A DNA stretch of 64,000 nt from the human T2T-CHM13v2.0 reference genome, Homo sapiens, in NCBI RefSeq assembly GCF_009914755.1, contig NC_060928.1; one strand, 5' to 3'. The position numbers and the translations under genes were made by a program. The notes under the pieces are model-generated. The model was not told the origin of the DNA, did no database searches, and was given only the letters and a program-made list of their open reading frames with translations. The stretch's first letter is position 1. Each line of letters opens with the position of its first letter. Shown piece by piece: positions 28,510 to 42,965 of this stretch.

Positions 28510-28695
28510 TCTTCTACTTATTCATGAAGTCAACTAAAGCAAGTCAACCAACAGTTTTCATCCTGTTTCTTTGGTGTCAAAATGAGAAAACTAATATCAC
28601 TCTCATGGGAATGTAATAAGACTAAACTTTGGTAATTACAAAAGCACTTACGACAGTGCTGGGCACATTGTAAGTTCTCAAAAAACGGTAGCAGT
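28510..28695 (+). mobile_element. MIR
   Basis: aaagcacttacgacagtgctgggcacattgtaagttctcaaaaaacggtagc. Confidence 0.7.
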
Positions 28696-28941
28696 TCTTG
28701 GGCTTTCACACCCCTATATTCTCTCTCTTATACACCATGGTATTTTCATATCCCCATGGGGAACTATCATAAAACCCACAAGAACGTGGAAATACCTGTT
28801 TCTGAGATTTCAGCTATAAAATCATCACAACATAGATCAAACTGGAGATATTCAAAGTCAGCCTAAAGATATAAAATGACTTTCAAGACAGAATAAGTCA
28901 TTATTTGTGGTATTACCTGCAAAATTAAGAACGCATAAACA

Positions 28942-29276
<335 letters not shown>

Positions 29277-29340
29277 TCAGAATGCTTTTGGATATATATT
29301 GCAAAAGCCCAACTCAGATAATAAGAATGTGTGGGCTCAT

Positions 29341-29686
29341 TGCTATGGTTTGAATGTGTCCCCTCCAAAATTCTGTTGTTGCCTGTGTGACACTTACAAG
29401 GAGGTAGGGACTTTAAGAGATGATTAAGCCATGAGGGCTCCTTCCTTATTAGTGGGATTAAGACCCTAGTAACAGAGGCTTCACACACCCTTAGACTAGC
29501 TTGCTTGCTTGCCCTTCTGCCTTCTACCATGCGAGGATACAGCAAGAAGACCCTCATCAGGCACCCAATGCCAACGCCCTGATCTTGGACTTTCAGCCTC
29601 TAGAACTGTGAGAGATACATTTCTGTTCTTTATAAATTATCCCATCTGTATTATTCCGTTACAGCAACATAACATGAACTAAGACA
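29341..29686 (+). mobile_element. MST-family (MSTC/D-like) solo LTR inside an older minus-strand MLT1-like LTR (about 29270-29880)
   Basis: tgctatggtttgaatgtgtcccctccaaaattc...ttctgttctttataaattatccca...gaactaagaca. Confidence 0.85.
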
Positions 29687-29889
29687 TTTAGCTAAAACTT
29701 TGGGGGAGATTATTTTCAGGCACTAAAGAACCAAGTGCTCAAATAATACTACATGAAATAGTTCTCCCTCCAATTCTCAATTTTTATTTCCTGTATATTG
29801 GTTTCACTATTAGGCAAACTCTCATTTGAGGTGATTGATAACTACTGCCAGTTTACATGGACTTGACTAGCATCCTCATTACAAACATT

Positions 29890-30700
29890 CTTACAAAGTA
29901 TTTGATCTATTAACATGGAATCCCACATAATATCTTTGTGAACACACAAAGAAACGCACTTTATAGTGAAGCAGGTAATGCTATGTATGCACAAAAATGA
30001 AATTCACTGGTCCTAGCACATACCACACCAACTAGCAGCAGCTGGCCTGATAAGCAGTGATATGGCCATTTGAAAATATCTCTGGGTCACTGACTTGGGA
30101 TGATGCCTTTTAAGGATGGGAGGCCACCCTCTAGGAAACCATATGTATAAAACACTGATGACTATTGTAGGTGCTGGTGCTGTGTCCCCCATAGTAGAAT
30201 ACACAGTCTCAGAGCCAGGGAGTGAAAATAGAAATGGCCTCACTCACCATCACTCCCAAGGACCCATTTGGGGAATCTGTGTTTCCTGCCCTGTGACATT
30301 AGCTTCTGTGTGTCTGAAGGATCTGGTTCCCAGAGGGTATCTGTGCTCTCCATTCTCACAACTTTAAGCTCTAAGGGTCTAAAGACCCTGGTTTCAGCAG
30401 TGATGTTTCTACCAGAGGACAGAGTGAGGGTCATATTAAACTTTGTTTCTGTCCAGTCACTTCAAGCTGTTCATGCCAGGAGAACAGCAGGCAAGAAAAG
30501 GAGTGACCATTTTGGCAGGGCTGGAACACAGTCACCAGGAGGAAGTCAGGGAGCTTTCACATGTTGGAGGCAGAGAAGAATACAGTGAGCACCCTGGTGG
30601 CCATGGTGGTGTTTCTTGGTGTTTCTTCCCCTGCCCAGTTTTGATGATAAAAGGACAAAGACAACAGCCATGGCCTGACATGGGCACTGAGGCCAGAAGT
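29890..30700 (+). pseudogene. ERVL-class internal relic: integrase core plus dUTPase, disrupted
   Basis: Broken frames HGIPHNI, THF, IHWS*HIPHQLAAAGLI (ERVL integrase) and HFKLFMPGEQQARKGVTILAG...EEVRELSHVGGREEY (ERVL dUTPase). Confidence 0.85.
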
Positions 30701-30704
30701 CTGC

Positions 30705-31046
30705 TACCCAGATCCCTCCTTTGGAACTAAAACACGTTCATTCTCACAGCTCCTAAGAGAGTTGGCTACTGATTTATCACAGCTGAGTCTCTCTCTGGGG
30801 CTTTCCCTTGACAAGGGAATTACCCCAAATTATCCCTGTTTGATGCATCTCACTACCAGAGCTCTCCCAGAGGCCTCTGTTGCAACCATTTGATTTCTTC
30901 CTCTGCCACATTTGATTTCTTCCTTTGCCCAGTTACTCCTTCCTCATTTAACTTGTAGGCGATGTTCTTCAGATCACTCCCCAAAACACCCCCTGCATGC
31001 AAATCTTTGTCTCGGAGCTGTTTTCCTGGGCCCCTGACCTGAGACA
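30705..31046 (+). mobile_element. LTR16-family (ERVL) LTR, probably the 3' LTR of the adjacent relic
   Basis: cactccccaaaacaccccctgcatgcaaatctttgtctcggagctgttttcctggg...cctgagaca. Confidence 0.75.
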
Positions 31047-31049
31047 ATA

Positions 31050-31190
31050 GCTGACATGTATGGAACGCTTATTATGTGCTATATATTTTATACATATTAA
31101 CTCAATCAATTCTCACAAAAAGTAATATCCCCATATGACAGATGAGAACCTTTAGGTTTAGAGAGGTCAAATGACTTACATAAAGCCTGG
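31050..31190 (-). mobile_element. MIR
   Basis: atatccccatatgacagatgagaacctttaggtttagagaggtcaaatgactta. Confidence 0.7.
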
Positions 31191-31872
31191 TATGATGATC
31201 TGAAAATTACATTTGGAACAAATATATTCATCGGGTTGGCTCTTATGGGAATTTGGAATTCCAGAGTTTTTCATTATCTGCAAGTGCATCTGATGATCCA
31301 TGACCGTAGGAAATTGTAACTGCTGAGGTTCCATTCATGCCACACATCTTCTGAAATGATTAGTGACAGTGCCTGAGAGGTCATCTAGTGGCCACATCTC
31401 AAGGGAAATTTATTGTTCTCTACTTTTTCTTGTAAGCTATAACCTCAGCATAGAATGCATTTAACTACTGAAATATAAACATTTGCTCTTAGCTAAAAGA
31501 AAAAAATGAAATAATTTTTATTAGAAAAGACAAGGCATGGAACATTCTATCCTCCCTTCCACTTAATGAGCAGGAACAAGTGAGTGAGTGGGGGTATGGA
31601 TCTGCTGCTACCATTTCCATCACAGTACTAATTTGCATGTCATAGTGTAAGTAGAAGATTTTAAGAAAATGTAAGGGATTTTATGGTGGTTAAAACCAAG
31701 CCCCCATGAAGACAGGATGACATACATTTCTTAAAGATTTAGGTTGTTCCCTCACAAATTGTAGTGGTCAAGTGTAATTGTTGTGACCAAATAACAGTAT
31801 ACAAGGCTGATGAAAGGTAAAATAAAAATGAAAAAGATAGATGTTAATATTTACTGACTACTTAGCCCTATA

Positions 31873-32120
31873 CAAGTGTCTTAAATCTTCTTTTACCTCA
31901 ACCCACAGTAAGAAATATGTTTTCAGAGTTATCTGGTATATACATGTGCGTGTAGGTCTATATGAGAAACTGAAACAAAAATTTCACCATCCAATACATA
32001 CCCTTACTGTATATGATATACTCTGATATTTTCCATTATATTTGCATGTTATTAAGTTGTTTGCTACCCATTATATTGATTTTGTACTAAATGTTCATGA
32101 AGAACATTTGAAATCACTGC
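31873..32120. mobile_element. hAT-Charlie-type DNA transposon remnant
   Basis: caagtgtcttaaa...tttgaaatcactg termini; aacccacagtaagaaatatgtttt. Confidence 0.5.
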
Positions 32121-33139
32121 CTAATGCCAAGACTCTTGATATGCATTTACTAATTTAGCACTTGTGACAACTTTCCAAAAAACTTATTACTATTATATTA
32201 TTTTTTTCTAATAAAGTACAGGTTTTAACCTATATCCTAAGGTCTCACAACTCATAAATGACAGGGTTGGAACGTAAATCCTACTAAATTATTTCAGACG
32301 TGTTTCAACCTCTTGGTCAGTGCAAAATGCTTAAAAAGAAGAAGAGACACAGAGAAGAAAAAATGAAGAAATATAGGTGTTTCCTCTATTCATTTTCTTT
32401 TGCCTCTTATATCAGCTGCATGATCAGTTCTAGGAAAGGAGATAAGGCTAGAAGATTGCACCAAACTCAATGCAGATGCCGATAACTAAAGGCAAATTGT
32501 GACCTTGCACCTCATGAGAATTTGTGGAATTCCATATACAGCTCAGGAAAACTTGTTTCCTTATCTAGTTAATGTGGTTTCTAATCTCTGAGCAGCAGGA
32601 CACAGAGGTACAGATGCTGGTGTTTTTCATCATTCTAGTTTTAAGCACTATTTCTTTTGCTTCCTGAGAAGTAAAAGAGCTGTCAAGTCAATCAATACTC
32701 CTACTGACTCTTTTCTGGAAATCAATAAGGTGAGAACATTTGTCCTGATGTGACTTAAGCACTTAATTCACTCCGGAGTCTTATGGATTAATCCAAATGT
32801 ATTGTGATATAATTCTCGAGCATACACAAGTTTTAGTGTGTGCTAGCATTTGTGAGAAAGATGAATTTTTTGAGGCCCAGGTTTTCCTTAATCAGTTCTG
32901 AATGTGTTTAGCAATGCAATTCCTATAACCAACACACTGATGCAACTCTGCTGACAGAGCATCTTCCTCTCCATGCAATTTTTTTCTTTCCTACTATTTC
33001 TCAAATATGTATTTTACAATGAAAATATATACCACAGTGGTTAATGGTAGCTGTGAATTAATGTCTTTTCTGGTGGAGTGGTGGGGCAGAGATAGATTTT
33101 CATGGTATCCTGTAACAAAGAAGAAAAAGCAATTTTAGA

Positions 33140-33960
33140 CTAAGTTTTTACAAAATATCTATAGATTTAATGTTGTCCCCATCTGAATCCCAACAGAAAT
33201 GATGTAAAACTGACAAAGATTTAAAAAAAAATAAGTAAAAGAGGAAAGAGCAAGAGTAGCTAGATTGTTCAAAAAGATGAAGAAATATCTCTCTGTGTGT
33301 GCTGGAAGCTGGGGGACACTTGCCCCAAGACAGTGGTTCCCAAGCATTGCTGTGTAGCGGAATCACCTAAAGAGATGAAAAAGAACTCTGAGACCTAAGT
33401 TTCTTGAGATAGGCTGACTCATGCCTTTGTGGTTTTAAGTTCCTGGGTGATTCTGAAGCTCATCAGGGTTTGAAAATCACTGCTCTTGTAGACATCCAAA
33501 CAAATTCTAAAACTATAGTAATTAAACCAGAGTGGTATTGGCACAGGAAAAGATAAAAAAAAAAAAACTAAAGGAACAGAATATAGAAAGTCTAGAAACA
33601 TACTGGCCTATATGAATTCTTCATATATAAAGGCAGTGAATTGCAGATCAGTGGGAAGGGACTACTCAAAATTGATGCCAGGACAATAGCATCTACATTA
33701 CAATAAAATTGGAGTCCAAAGATAGAGAAAACTAAAAATATAAAAATAAAAATTTTAAAGCTTTTATAATAAAATAACCTTATGACCTGTAAGTCCTTAG
33801 TGTAAGGAAAGACTTCTTAAAGTTTATAAAGCACAAATTACAAAGAAAACATTGATAAGTTTTCACGCTAAAATTGAGATTCTTTCAGCCAAAGGCACCA
33901 TAAAAATGAAAACAAGTAGCCACAAAGTGACAATAGATATTTGTAACACATAGGATTAGT
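33140..33960 (+). mobile_element. Old L1M ORF2 fragments split by MER5A (33331-33482)
   Basis: tctatagatttaatgttgtccccatctgaatcccaacaga...; MER5A ends cagtggttcccaa...ttgaaaatcactg. Confidence 0.7.
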
Positions 33961-36900
33961 ATGTGTTTAGCAGACTTTAGAATACGGCTGCTCTTGCATA
34001 TATTGAAACTTCTTGTAGAGAGTTCATTGCTCAGGGTGACTATGTTCCACTATGCTTTTGTTTTTTAAGTTTTCTTAATTCAGATCTAGAATATCTATTC
34101 CTATAAAACTGTACAGGCAAGTACACTCCTATAGAACATATGCTCATATGGGTTTGAATGGCAACAAAACTCAGCCTTAAATTTTTATCACAATTAGAGT
34201 ACAAATACTTCAGAAACTTCATCAGAAGTTTCAGATTCATGGCACCTGATAATATATATATATATAGTCTGTAATTGTATGATTGGCTTTGCTTTCTATT
34301 TTTAAAGATTAAAGGGAATAAATGGGTACAGAGTGATGCAACAGATATCCTCCATCCAAAATAAACAAAAGTTTATATAAAATATAGTTTGCAAATAAAA
34401 TTGAAATCCAAAAACCATGAACATTATAAAGTATTACTTTCTTTTCTTGTATCTGTATGAGGTACATGAGGTATTTTAATACAGGCATGCAATGTGAAAT
34501 AAGCACATCATGGGGAATGGCATATTTATCCCATAAAGCATTTATCCTTTGAATTATAAACAATCCAATTACACTCTTTGTTTTTAAATGTACAACTAAG
34601 TTATTATTAACTGTAATCACCATATGGTGCTATCAAATACTAGGTCTTTTTCATTCTTTCTACTTAGTTGCACCTGTTAACCATCCACATCTCTCTCTGC
34701 CTCTCACCTTCCAACTACCCTTCCCAGCCTCTGGTAACATCCTTCTACTCTCTATGTCCACGAGTTCAGTGTTTTTGACTTTCAGATCCTATAAATAAGT
34801 GAGAAGATGTGATGTTTGTCTTTCTGTGCCTGGATAACTTCACTTAACATAGTGATCTCCAGTTCCATCCGGATTGACGCAAATGACTAGATCTCATTTC
34901 TTTTTATGGCTGAATAGTACTCCATTGTGTATATGTACCACATTTTCTTTAGCCATTCAACTGTGGATGGACACTTAGGTTGCTGCCAAATCTTAGCTGT
35001 TTTAAACAGTACTGCAGCAAACATGGGAGTGCAGATATCTCTTCAATATACTGCTTTCCTTTCTTTTGGTATATACCCAGTAGCTGGATTGCTGGATCAT
35101 ATGGTAACTCAATTTTTAGTTTTTGGAGGAACTTCCAAACTGTTCTCCATAGTGGTTGTATTAATTTACATTCCCACCAACGGTGTCCAAGGGCTCCCTA
35201 TTCTCCACATCCTTGCCAGCATTTGCTATTGCCTGTCTTTCGGATGTAAGCCATTTTAACTGGTAGAAGATAATATCTCCTTGTAGTTTTGATTTGCATT
35301 TCTCTGATGATCAGTGATGTTGAGCACATTTTCATGTATCTGTTTGCCATTTGTATGTCTTCTTTTGGGAAATGTCTATTCAAATATTTTGCCCATTTTT
35401 TATCAGATTATTAAACTTTTTCCTATAGAGTTGTTTGAGCTCCTTTTATATTATATATTCTGGTTATTAACTTCTTCACAGATGGGTAGTTTGCAAATAT
35501 TTTCTCCTATTCTGTGGGTTGTCTTTTCACTTTGTTCATTGTTTCCTTTGCTGTGAGGAGAAGCTTTTTAACTTGATGTGATCCCATTTGTCCATTTTGC
35601 TTTGGTTGTCTGTGCTTGTGGGGTATTGCTCAAGAAGTCTTTGCCAAAACAAATGTCCTGGAGATAGTCCCCAATGTTTCCTTGTAGTAGTCTCATAGTT
35701 TGGGGTCTCAGATCTACATCTTCAATTTATTTTTATTTTATTTTTATATAGTGATAGATACAGGTTAGTTTCACTCTTCTGCCTATGGATATTCAGTTTT
35801 CCCAGTACCATTTATTGAAGAGACTGTCCTTTCCCCATGTATGTCTTGGCACCTTTCGCAAAAATGAGTTCACTATAGGTGTTTGTATTTGTTTCTGCAT
35901 TATCTATTCTGTTGCATTGATCTATGTGTCTGTTTTTATGCTAGTATCATGCTGTTAGGGTTACTATAGCTCTATAGTATAATTTGAAGTCACATGATGT
36001 GATTCTTCCAGTTTTGACCTTTTTGCTTAGGACAGCTTTGACTATTCTGGGTCTTTTGTGGTTCTATATAAATTTTAGGATTGCTTTTTCTATTTCCATG
36101 AAGAATGTCATTGGTATTTTGATAGGGATCACATTGACTCTGCAGATTGTTTTGGGTAGTATGCACATTTTAACAATATAAATTCTTCCAATCCATTAAC
36201 ATTAACATGGAATATTTCTTTTTTTTTTTTTTTTTTTTTTAGTGTTCTCTTCAATTTCCCTTATCAGTGTTTTGTAGTTTTCATTATAGAGATCTTTCAC
36301 TTCTCTGGTTAAATTAATTCCTAGGTATTTAATTTTATGTGTGGCTATGAAAAATGATATTACTTATAAAATTTCTTTTCCACATTGTTCACTGTTGGAA
36401 TACAGAAATCCTACTGAATTTTATATGTTGATTTTATATCCTGCAACTTCCTGAATTTGTTTATCAGTTCTAATAGTTTTGCTGTGAAGTCTTTAGGTCT
36501 TTCCAAATATAAGATTATATCATCTTCATTTTCCATTTGGATGCCATTTATGTCTTTCTCTTATCTGATTGCTGTAGCTAGGACTTCCAGTACTACATTG
36601 AATAACAGTGGTGACATTGGGTGTCCTTGTCGTATTCCACATCTTAGAGGAAAGGCTTTCAATTTTTCAGTATGATAATAGTTGTGGGTCTGTCATATAT
36701 AGCTTTTATTATGTTGAGGCATGTTCCTTCTATCCACAGTTTTTTTAAGGTTTTTATCATGAAGGAATAATAAACTTTATCAAATGCTTTTCATCATCAA
36801 CTTAAATGATCATATGGTTTTTATCCTTCATTTTGTTGGTATGATGTATCACATTGATTGAATTGAGTATATTGAACCATCCTTGAATCCCAGGGATAAA

Positions 36901-37797
36901 TCCCACTTGGTCATAATGAGTAATCTTTCTAATGTATTATTTAATTTGGTTTGCTAGTATTTTGTTGAGGATTTTTGCATCAATATTCATCAGAGGTATT
37001 GGCCTGTAGTTTTCTTTTTTTTTTAATGTATCTTTGTTTCATCTTGATATCAGAGTAATACTGGCCTTATATAAGGAGTTGGGAAGTATTTCTTCCTCCT
37101 CTGTTTTTGGAATAATTTGAGTAGGATTGGTATTAATTATCCTTTAAATGTTTGGCAGAATTCAGCAATGAAGCCATCAAGTCCTGGGCTTTTATTTAGT
37201 GGGAGACTTTTTAATTACAGCTTCGATCTCATTACGTGTTATGGGTCTGTTCATGTTTTGGATTTCTCCCAGGTTCAATGTTGATAGGCTGTGTGTGTCT
37301 AGGGATTGGTCCATTTCTTCTAGATTTTCCAATGTATTGGCATACAGCTGCTCATAATAGCAACTAATGATCCTTTGAATTTCTGTAATGTCTCCTTTTT
37401 CATTTCTGATTTTATTTATTTAGATCTTCTCTCTCTTTTCTTAGTCTGGGTAAAGGTTTGTCATATTGTTTAACTTTTCAAAAACCCAACTTTTTGATTC
37501 ATTCATCTTTTGTATTATTTTGTTCATTTCAATTTCATTTATTTCTGCTCTAATCTTTATTATTTATTTTCTTCTATTAACTTTGAGTTTGGTTTGTTCT
37601 TGCACTTCTAGTTCTTTAAGATGCATGCTTAGATTATTCACTTGAAGTTTTTCCTCTTTTTTGATGTAAGTACTTATACCTATGAACTTCCCTCTTGGTA
37701 CTGCTTTTGCTGTATCCCATAGATATTGGTATGTTTTGTTTCCATTGTCATTTGTTTCAAGACATGTTTTAATTTCGTTCTTAATTTCTTCATTGAT

Positions 37798-40042
37798 TGA
37801 TATGGTTTGGCTGTGTTTTCACCCAAATCTCATCTTGAATTATAATCCTCATAATCCCTATGTGTCTAGGGAGAGACCTGGTGGGAGGTGATTGGATCAT
37901 GGGGGCAGTTTCTCCCAAACTGTTCTTATGATAGTAAGTGAGTTCTGATGGTTTTATAAGGGGCTCTCCCCCCTTTGCTACTTGCTCTTCTCTCTCCTGC
38001 CACCCTGAGAAGGGGTGCCTTCTGCCATGATTGTAAGTTTCATGAGACCTCCCCAGCCATGCAGAACTGTGAGTCGATTAAACCTCTTTTCTTTATAAAT
38101 TACCCAGTCTCAGGCAGTTCTTGATAGCAGTGTGAGAATGGACTAATACAGTAAATTGGTACTGAGGTAGTGGGCACTGCTATAAGGATACCCAAAAATG
38201 TGGAAACGACTTTGGAATTGTGTAATGAGCAGAGGTTGGAACAGTTGGGAGGGTTCAGAAGAAGACAGGAAGATGTGGGGAAGTTTGGAACTTCCTAGAG
38301 ACTTGTTGAATGTTTTTGACCAAAATGCCAATAGTGATATGGACAATGAAGTCCAGGCTGAGGTAGTCTCAGAGAGAGATGAGGAGCTTCTTGGGAACTG
38401 CAGTAAAGGTCACTCTTGTTATGCTTTAGCAAAGATACTGGTGGCATTTTACCCCTGCCCTTAGAGATCTGTGGAACTTTGAACTTCAGAGAGATGATTT
38501 AGGATATCTGGCAGAAGAAATTTATAAGCAGCAAAGCATTCAAGACGTGACAGAGCACAAAAGTTTGGAAAACTTGCAGCCTGACAATGCAGTAGAAAAG
38601 AAAAGCCCATTTTCTGGGGAAAAATTCAAACCTCAAGCCAGCTGGAAAAATTTGCATAAGTAACGAGGAGCCAAGTGTTAATCACCAAGACAATGGGAAA
38701 AATGTTTCCAGAAACCTTTGCAGTAGCACCTTCCATGGCAGGCTGAGAGGCCTAGAAGGGAAAAATGGTTTCATGGGCCAAGCTTAGGGACCCGCTGCTG
38801 TGTGTGGCCTCAGCCCTGTGTCCCAGATGCTCCAGCCCTGGCTAAAAAGAGGCCAAGGTACATCACAGGCCATTGCTTCAGAGGGTGCAAGACCCAGCCT
38901 TGGCAGTTTCCATGTGGTGCTGGTCCTGCAGATATGCAGAAGATAATCACTGAGGTTTGGGAACCTCCATCTAGATTTCAGAAGATGTATGGAAATGCCT
39001 GGATGTCCAGGAAGAGGTGTGCTCCACAGGTGGATCCCTGATGGAGAATCTCTGTCATGGCAGTGCAGGATGGAAATGTGAGGTTGAAGTCCCCACACAG
39101 AGTCCCCACTGGAACACTGCCTAATGGAGCTGTGAGAAGATGGCCACTGTCCTCCAGACCCCACAATAGTAGTCCCACTGACAGCTTGCACTGTGCACCT
39201 GAAAAAGCCATAGACACTCAACGCCAGCTGTGAAAGCAGCTGGGCCAGGGAGCTCTACCCTGCAAAGCCACAAGGGTGGATCTACCCAAGGTCATGGGAG
39301 CCCACCTCTTGAATCATTGTGACTTGGATGTCAGACATAGAGTCAAAGGAAATTACTTAGGAACTTTGAGATTTATTGACTGCCCTGTTGAATTTTGGAC
39401 TTGCATGGGGCCTGCAGCCCCTGTTATGACCAATTTCTCCCATTCGGTATGGGAGCATTTATCTGATCCCTGTATCCCCATTTTATCTTGAAAGTAGCAA
39501 ACTTGCTTATGATTTTACAGGCTCATAGGCAGAAAGGACTTCCCTTGTCTAGATGAGACCTTGGACTTGCACTTTTGGGTTGATCCTGGAATGAGCTAAG
39601 ACTTTGGGGGACTGTTGGAAAGGCATGATTGTGTTTTGAAATGTGAGGACATGAGATTTAGGATGGGCTGGCTGGAGTGATATGTTTTGGCTGTGCCCCC
39701 ACCCAAATCTCCTCTTGAATTGGAATCCCCATAATCCCCATGTGTCATGTCTAGGGAAAAGCCTTGTGGGAGGTGATTGGATCATGGGGGTGGTTTCTCC
39801 CATGCTGTTCTCATAATAGTGAGTGAGTTCTCACAAGATCTGATGGTTTTATGAGGGGCTCTTCCCCCTTTGCTACTCATTCTCTCTCCTGCCACCCTGT
39901 GAAGAGGTGCCTTCTGCCATGATTATAAGTTTCCTGAGGCCTCCCCAGGCATGCAGAGCTGTGAGTTAACTAAACCTCTTTACTTTATAAATTACTCAGT
40001 CTCATCCAGTTCTTCATAGCATTGTGAGAACAGACTAATACA
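37798..40042 (+). mobile_element. THE1D-like MaLR provirus: LTR 37798-38150, internal 38151-39677, LTR 39678-40042
   Basis: Both LTRs run tgatatg...gactaataca; internal part starts gtaaattggtac; TSD ttgat/ttgac; L1 sequence resumes after it. Confidence 0.95.
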
Positions 40043-42881
40043 TTGACCCAGTTGTCATTGCAGAGCATATTGTTTAATTTCCTATTTACATTTGTATACT
40101 TTCCAAGATTCCTCTTGTTACTGATTTCTAGTTTTATTCCATTGTGGTCCAAGAAGATATTTGATATTAGTTCAATTTTTTTAATGTTTTAAGACTTACT
40201 TTGTGACCTAACATGTGGTCTATCCTTGAGAATGATTCATGTGCTGGGAAAAAGAAAGTGTATTCTGCAGCTCTTGGATGAAATGTTATGGTAATACCTA
40301 TTAGATCTATTTGGTTTATAGTGTGGGTTAAGTCTGATGTTTCTTTGTTGATTTTGTGTCTGGAAGACATGTCTAGTGCTGAAAATGAGGTGTTGAAGTC
40401 TCCAGCTATTATTATATTGGAGCCTCTCTCTTTAGCTCTAATAGTATTTCCTTTATGTATCTGGATGCTCCAGTATTGGATGCATATATATTTAAAATTG
40501 TTATATTATCTTGCTGAATTGATCCTTTATCATTATATAGTGACCTTCTCTGTCTCTTTTTATAATTTTTGTCTTAAGAGCTATTTTGTCTGATATTACT
40601 ATAGCAACTCCTGCTCTTTTTTGGTTTCCATTGGTATGGAATATCTTTTTCCATTCCTTTATTTTCAGTCTATGTATATCTTCATAAGTGAAGTGTGTTT
40701 CTCGTAGGCAACAGATAAATGGATCTTGCATGTTTATCCATTCAGCCAGTCTATAGCTTTTGGTTAGAGAATTTAGTCCATTTACATTCAATGTTATTAT
40801 TGATAAGTAAGGACTTACTCATGCCATTTTGTTATTTGTTTTCTGGTTGTTTTATGTTCTTCTTCCCTCCTGTCTTTTTCTAGGGAAGGCATTTTCTCTG
40901 GTGATATAATTTAGTTTCTTGCTTTTTACTTTTTGTGTATCCATTGTATGTTTTTTGGTTTGAGGGTACCATGGGGCTTTCAAATCCTATCTTATAACCC
41001 ATTATTTTGACCTAATAACAACTTCACACCACTTGCATAAACAAACAAGCCAAAAGAAAAATAGCAAAAACTCTATGCCTTCATTTCATCCCCTCACTTT
41101 TTAACTTTTTGTTGTTTCTATTTATATCTTATTGTACTAACTATATCTTGAAAAGTTATTGTAGTTACTGTTTCTGATGGGTTCATTGTTTAGTCTTTCA
41201 ACTTAGGATAAGAGTAGTTTACACACCACAGTTACAGTGTTATAATACTCTATGTTTCTCTGTGTACTATTAACAGCAAGTTTTGTACCTTCAGGTGATT
41301 ATTTATTGCTCATTAATGTCCTTTTCTTTCTGATTGAAGTACTTCATTTAACTTTTCTGGTAGGACAGGCCTGGCATTGGTAAAATCCCTCTTCTCTTGT
41401 TTGTCTGGGACGGTCTTTATTTCTCCTCCATGTTTGAAGGATATTTTAGCTGGATGTAGTATCCCAGAGTAAAAGTTGGTTTTTGTTTTTGTTTTTTTTC
41501 TTTTGTTTTTTTTCCTTCAGCACTTTAAATATGTCACTCCACTCTCTCCTAGCCTGTAAGGTTTCCACTGAAAAGTCTGTTGCCAGCTGTATTGGAACTC
41601 TATTGTATGTTATTAGTTTCTTTTCTCTTGCTGCTTTTAGCTTCCTTTCTTTATCCTTGACCTTGAGGAGTTTGAGTATTAATGCCTTGAGGTAGTCTTC
41701 TTTGGGTTAAATCTGCTTGGTGCTCTATAACCTTCTTGCACTTGGATATTTATATCTTCCTCTAGGTTTGGGAAGTTCTCTGTTATACATTTGAACAAAC
41801 TTTCCATGTTGATTTTCTTTGAGTTTCCTCAGGATCGGTCCCTGGTGCCTTATTTAGTTCATTTGGTGAGGTCATGTTTTCCTGAATGGTGTCAATGCTA
41901 GTAGGTGTTCTTTGGTGTCTGGGCATTGAAGGGTTAGGTATTTATTGTAACCTTCACTGTCAGGGCTTATTTGTAGCCATCCTTCTTGTGAAGGCATTCT
42001 AGATATTTAAAAGGAGTTGGGTGTTGTCATCTAAGCTGTATCTGCTTTAGGAGGCACTCCAAGCCTAGTAACACTGTGGTTCTTGCAGACTTATAGAGAT
42101 ACCACCTTGATTGTCTTGGACCGGATCTGATAGAATTCTCTAGATACCAGGCAGAGGCTTGTGTTGTCTTTTCTCACTTTCTCCCATACATGCAGAGTTT
42201 CTCTCTCTTTGCTTTGAGTCACATAAAGCTAGGGTGGAGTGATACAAGCACCCCTGTGGCCACCACTACTATGACTGCACTGGGTCAGCAGTGACCCGGA
42301 AGCCAGCACAGCTCTGGGTCTCACCCATGGCCTGCTGTAACCACTCCCTGGCTACTGCATATGTTCACTCAAGGCCCTGGGACTCTATAATCAGAAGTTT
42401 GCAAATCCAACCAGATTCTGTCTTCTTCCCTTCAGGTCAGCAAGGTTCTTCAGGCCCAGGGTGGGTCCAGAAGTACCATCTGACAGTCAGGAACTAGAGT
42501 CAAAAACCTTAGAAGTCCACATGGTATTCTATTATATTGCAGCTGAGCTGGCACTCAAACCACAAGACACAGTTTTTCCCACTCTTCCCTTCCCCTTCCA
42601 AAGGTAGAGGAGCCTCACCCCATAGCCACTGCCACCCTAGGCCATGAGGAGTACTGACAGACTACTGCTCATGTCCCCTCAAGGCCTCTTAAGTCAGCTT
42701 GTCATGAATGCTGCCTGGCCTGGAACTCACCTTTCAGGACAGTGAATTCCCTTCTGGCTCAGGGCAGATTCAATATGCTGTCCAAGAGTAAAGTCCTTGA
42801 ATTAGGGACCCCAAGAGCCCACTTGGTACTCTCCTTCCCTGTGGCTGTGCTGGTATCTGAAGCCAGCAAGTCTTAGAAGCT

Positions 42882-42965
42882 CACCCAAGGCCCTTGATTT
42901 AGTACCTGGGTATTGCTGCTGGACACCCAAGGCCCTTGATGTAGTACCTGGGTATTGCTGCTGGA
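42882..42965. repeat. 42-bp tandem duplication in the L1 5' UTR
   Basis: cacccaaggcccttgat(t/g)tagtacctgggtattgctgctgga, two copies. Confidence 0.95.

Noticed and set aside
38151-39677. Longest ORFs (such as 38784-39221) as a gene
   Set aside because: They lie in the THE1 internal region; fragmented or antisense
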